Assembly: GCF_018350175.1 (NCBI RefSeq)
Contig: NC_058368.1
Span: 4,836,001 to 4,900,000 of the forward strand
Source of the DNA: Felis catus
Lineage: Eukaryota
DNA length: 64,000 bases
Direction: 5' to 3'
Below are positions 63,193-64,000 of the stretch, piece after piece (positions within the stretch are counted from its first letter, which is position 1; each line of letters begins with the position of its first letter). A model generated the notes under the pieces. The model did not search any database. It saw only the letters and a list, made by a program, of their open reading frames with translations, and was not told the DNA's origin. The position numbers and the translations under genes were made by a program.

Positions 63193-63432
63193 GGGGCGCC
63201 TGGGTGGCTCAGTCAGTTGAGCGTCCGGCTTCGGCTCAGGTCACGATCTCACTGTCCGTGATTTCAAGCCCCGCGTCGGGCTCTGTGCTGACGACTCAGA
63301 ACCTGGAGCCTGTTTCCGATTCTGTGTCTCCCTCTCTCTCTGCCCCTCCCCCGTTCATGCTCTGTCTCTCCCTGTCTCAAAAATAAATAAAACGTTAAAA
63401 TAAATAAATAAATAAGTAAATAAATAAATAAA
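63193..63432 (+). mobile_element. CanSINE with (TAAA)n tail
   Basis: TSD accaaacctag. Confidence 0.95.
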
Positions 63433-63689
63433 TACCAAACCTAGTGTGTGATGTAGTTATTAAATGCACTTCATATCCTTTAAATATTCTAACTAACGGT
63501 CATTAATTCATTAACCAGAACAGAGAATAAAAGGCACATAGCAAATATTTGTGGAATAAATGTCCGTGACAATATGTCTCCGCCATTAGGAAAAAATGTA
63601 GTTGTGTTCATTATATTATGATTATAGGGGCATAAAAGCCAGCAAAACAATTTAAAAATATTCTCACTGCACCCAAAAAAAGGATTAGA

Positions 63690-64000
63690 GAAACGTTTTG
63701 TTCTTAGGGTGATAATAAACCTTATTTATATGGAAACCTCCTTTTTCTAGGACTGTTGTTAACACGAAAGATTATTGGGGCTTATTCTAGAAATAAGAAG
63801 TTGGTTTAACATTTGAAAATCAGTGTAATTCATTATATTAACAGAAATAAATGAGAAAAGTCATATATCCATATATGCTAAAAAAGCATTTCATAAAATT
63901 TGAGACCCAGTCATAAAAAACACTCAGGAGGGTCTCCTGGGTGGTTCAGTTGGTTAAGTATCTGACTCTTGGTTTCAACTCAGGTCATGATCTCATGGTC
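63690..64000 (+). mobile_element. L1 ORF2 fragment followed by a CanSINE head (from ~63930) running off the window
   Basis: gttggtttaacatttgaaaatcagtgtaattcattatattaacaga..atgctaaaaaagcatt; then gggtctcctgggtggttcagttggttaag. Confidence 0.85.

Noticed and set aside
243..63386. Recurrent ORF families such as ..SSSPASGSVLTAQSLEPASDSVSPSLS.. and ..RERGRHRIRNRLQALS..
   Set aside because: Translations of CanSINE copies, not a gene family
1..64000. CRISPR arrays, operons or prokaryotic defence systems; gene symbols for the two units
   Set aside because: The DNA is mammalian and its dispersed repeats are SINEs with TSDs, not repeat-spacer arrays; I recognise neither peptide well enough to name a gene

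Overview
Mammalian genomic DNA, almost certainly felid (cat-like): it holds about 60 tRNA-derived CanSINEs, including feliform-type young copies. It also has decayed L1, L2, MIR, MaLR/ERVL LTR and hAT fossils and many microsatellites. None of the longer ORFs in the supplied track looks like a real single-exon gene; most come from SINEs, simple repeats or GC-rich DNA. Splice signals support two minus-strand transcription units that I cannot name. (A) A CpG-island promoter (~23.3-24.35 kb) whose first exon ends at a consensus donor (AAG|GTAAGT, 23762/23761), with a candidate downstream exon at 4615-4770. (B) The 3' end of an upstream gene: a 210-nt open exon at 52859-53068, a terminal exon starting at 51879 (..PRK-DKI*) and AATAAA at 51434-51439. 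I see no convincing new multi-gene system. The most interesting leads are a double AUGA stop/start uORF chain in unit A, an IgH-like heptamer-octamer POU site plus a Z-DNA tract at its promoter, a 7.4-kb SINE-free block upstream, a possible 6-nt microexon in unit B, and repeated retrotransposon insertion at one target site. Repeat subfamily names are recalled from consensus sequences by eye, and most repeat boundaries are approximate.
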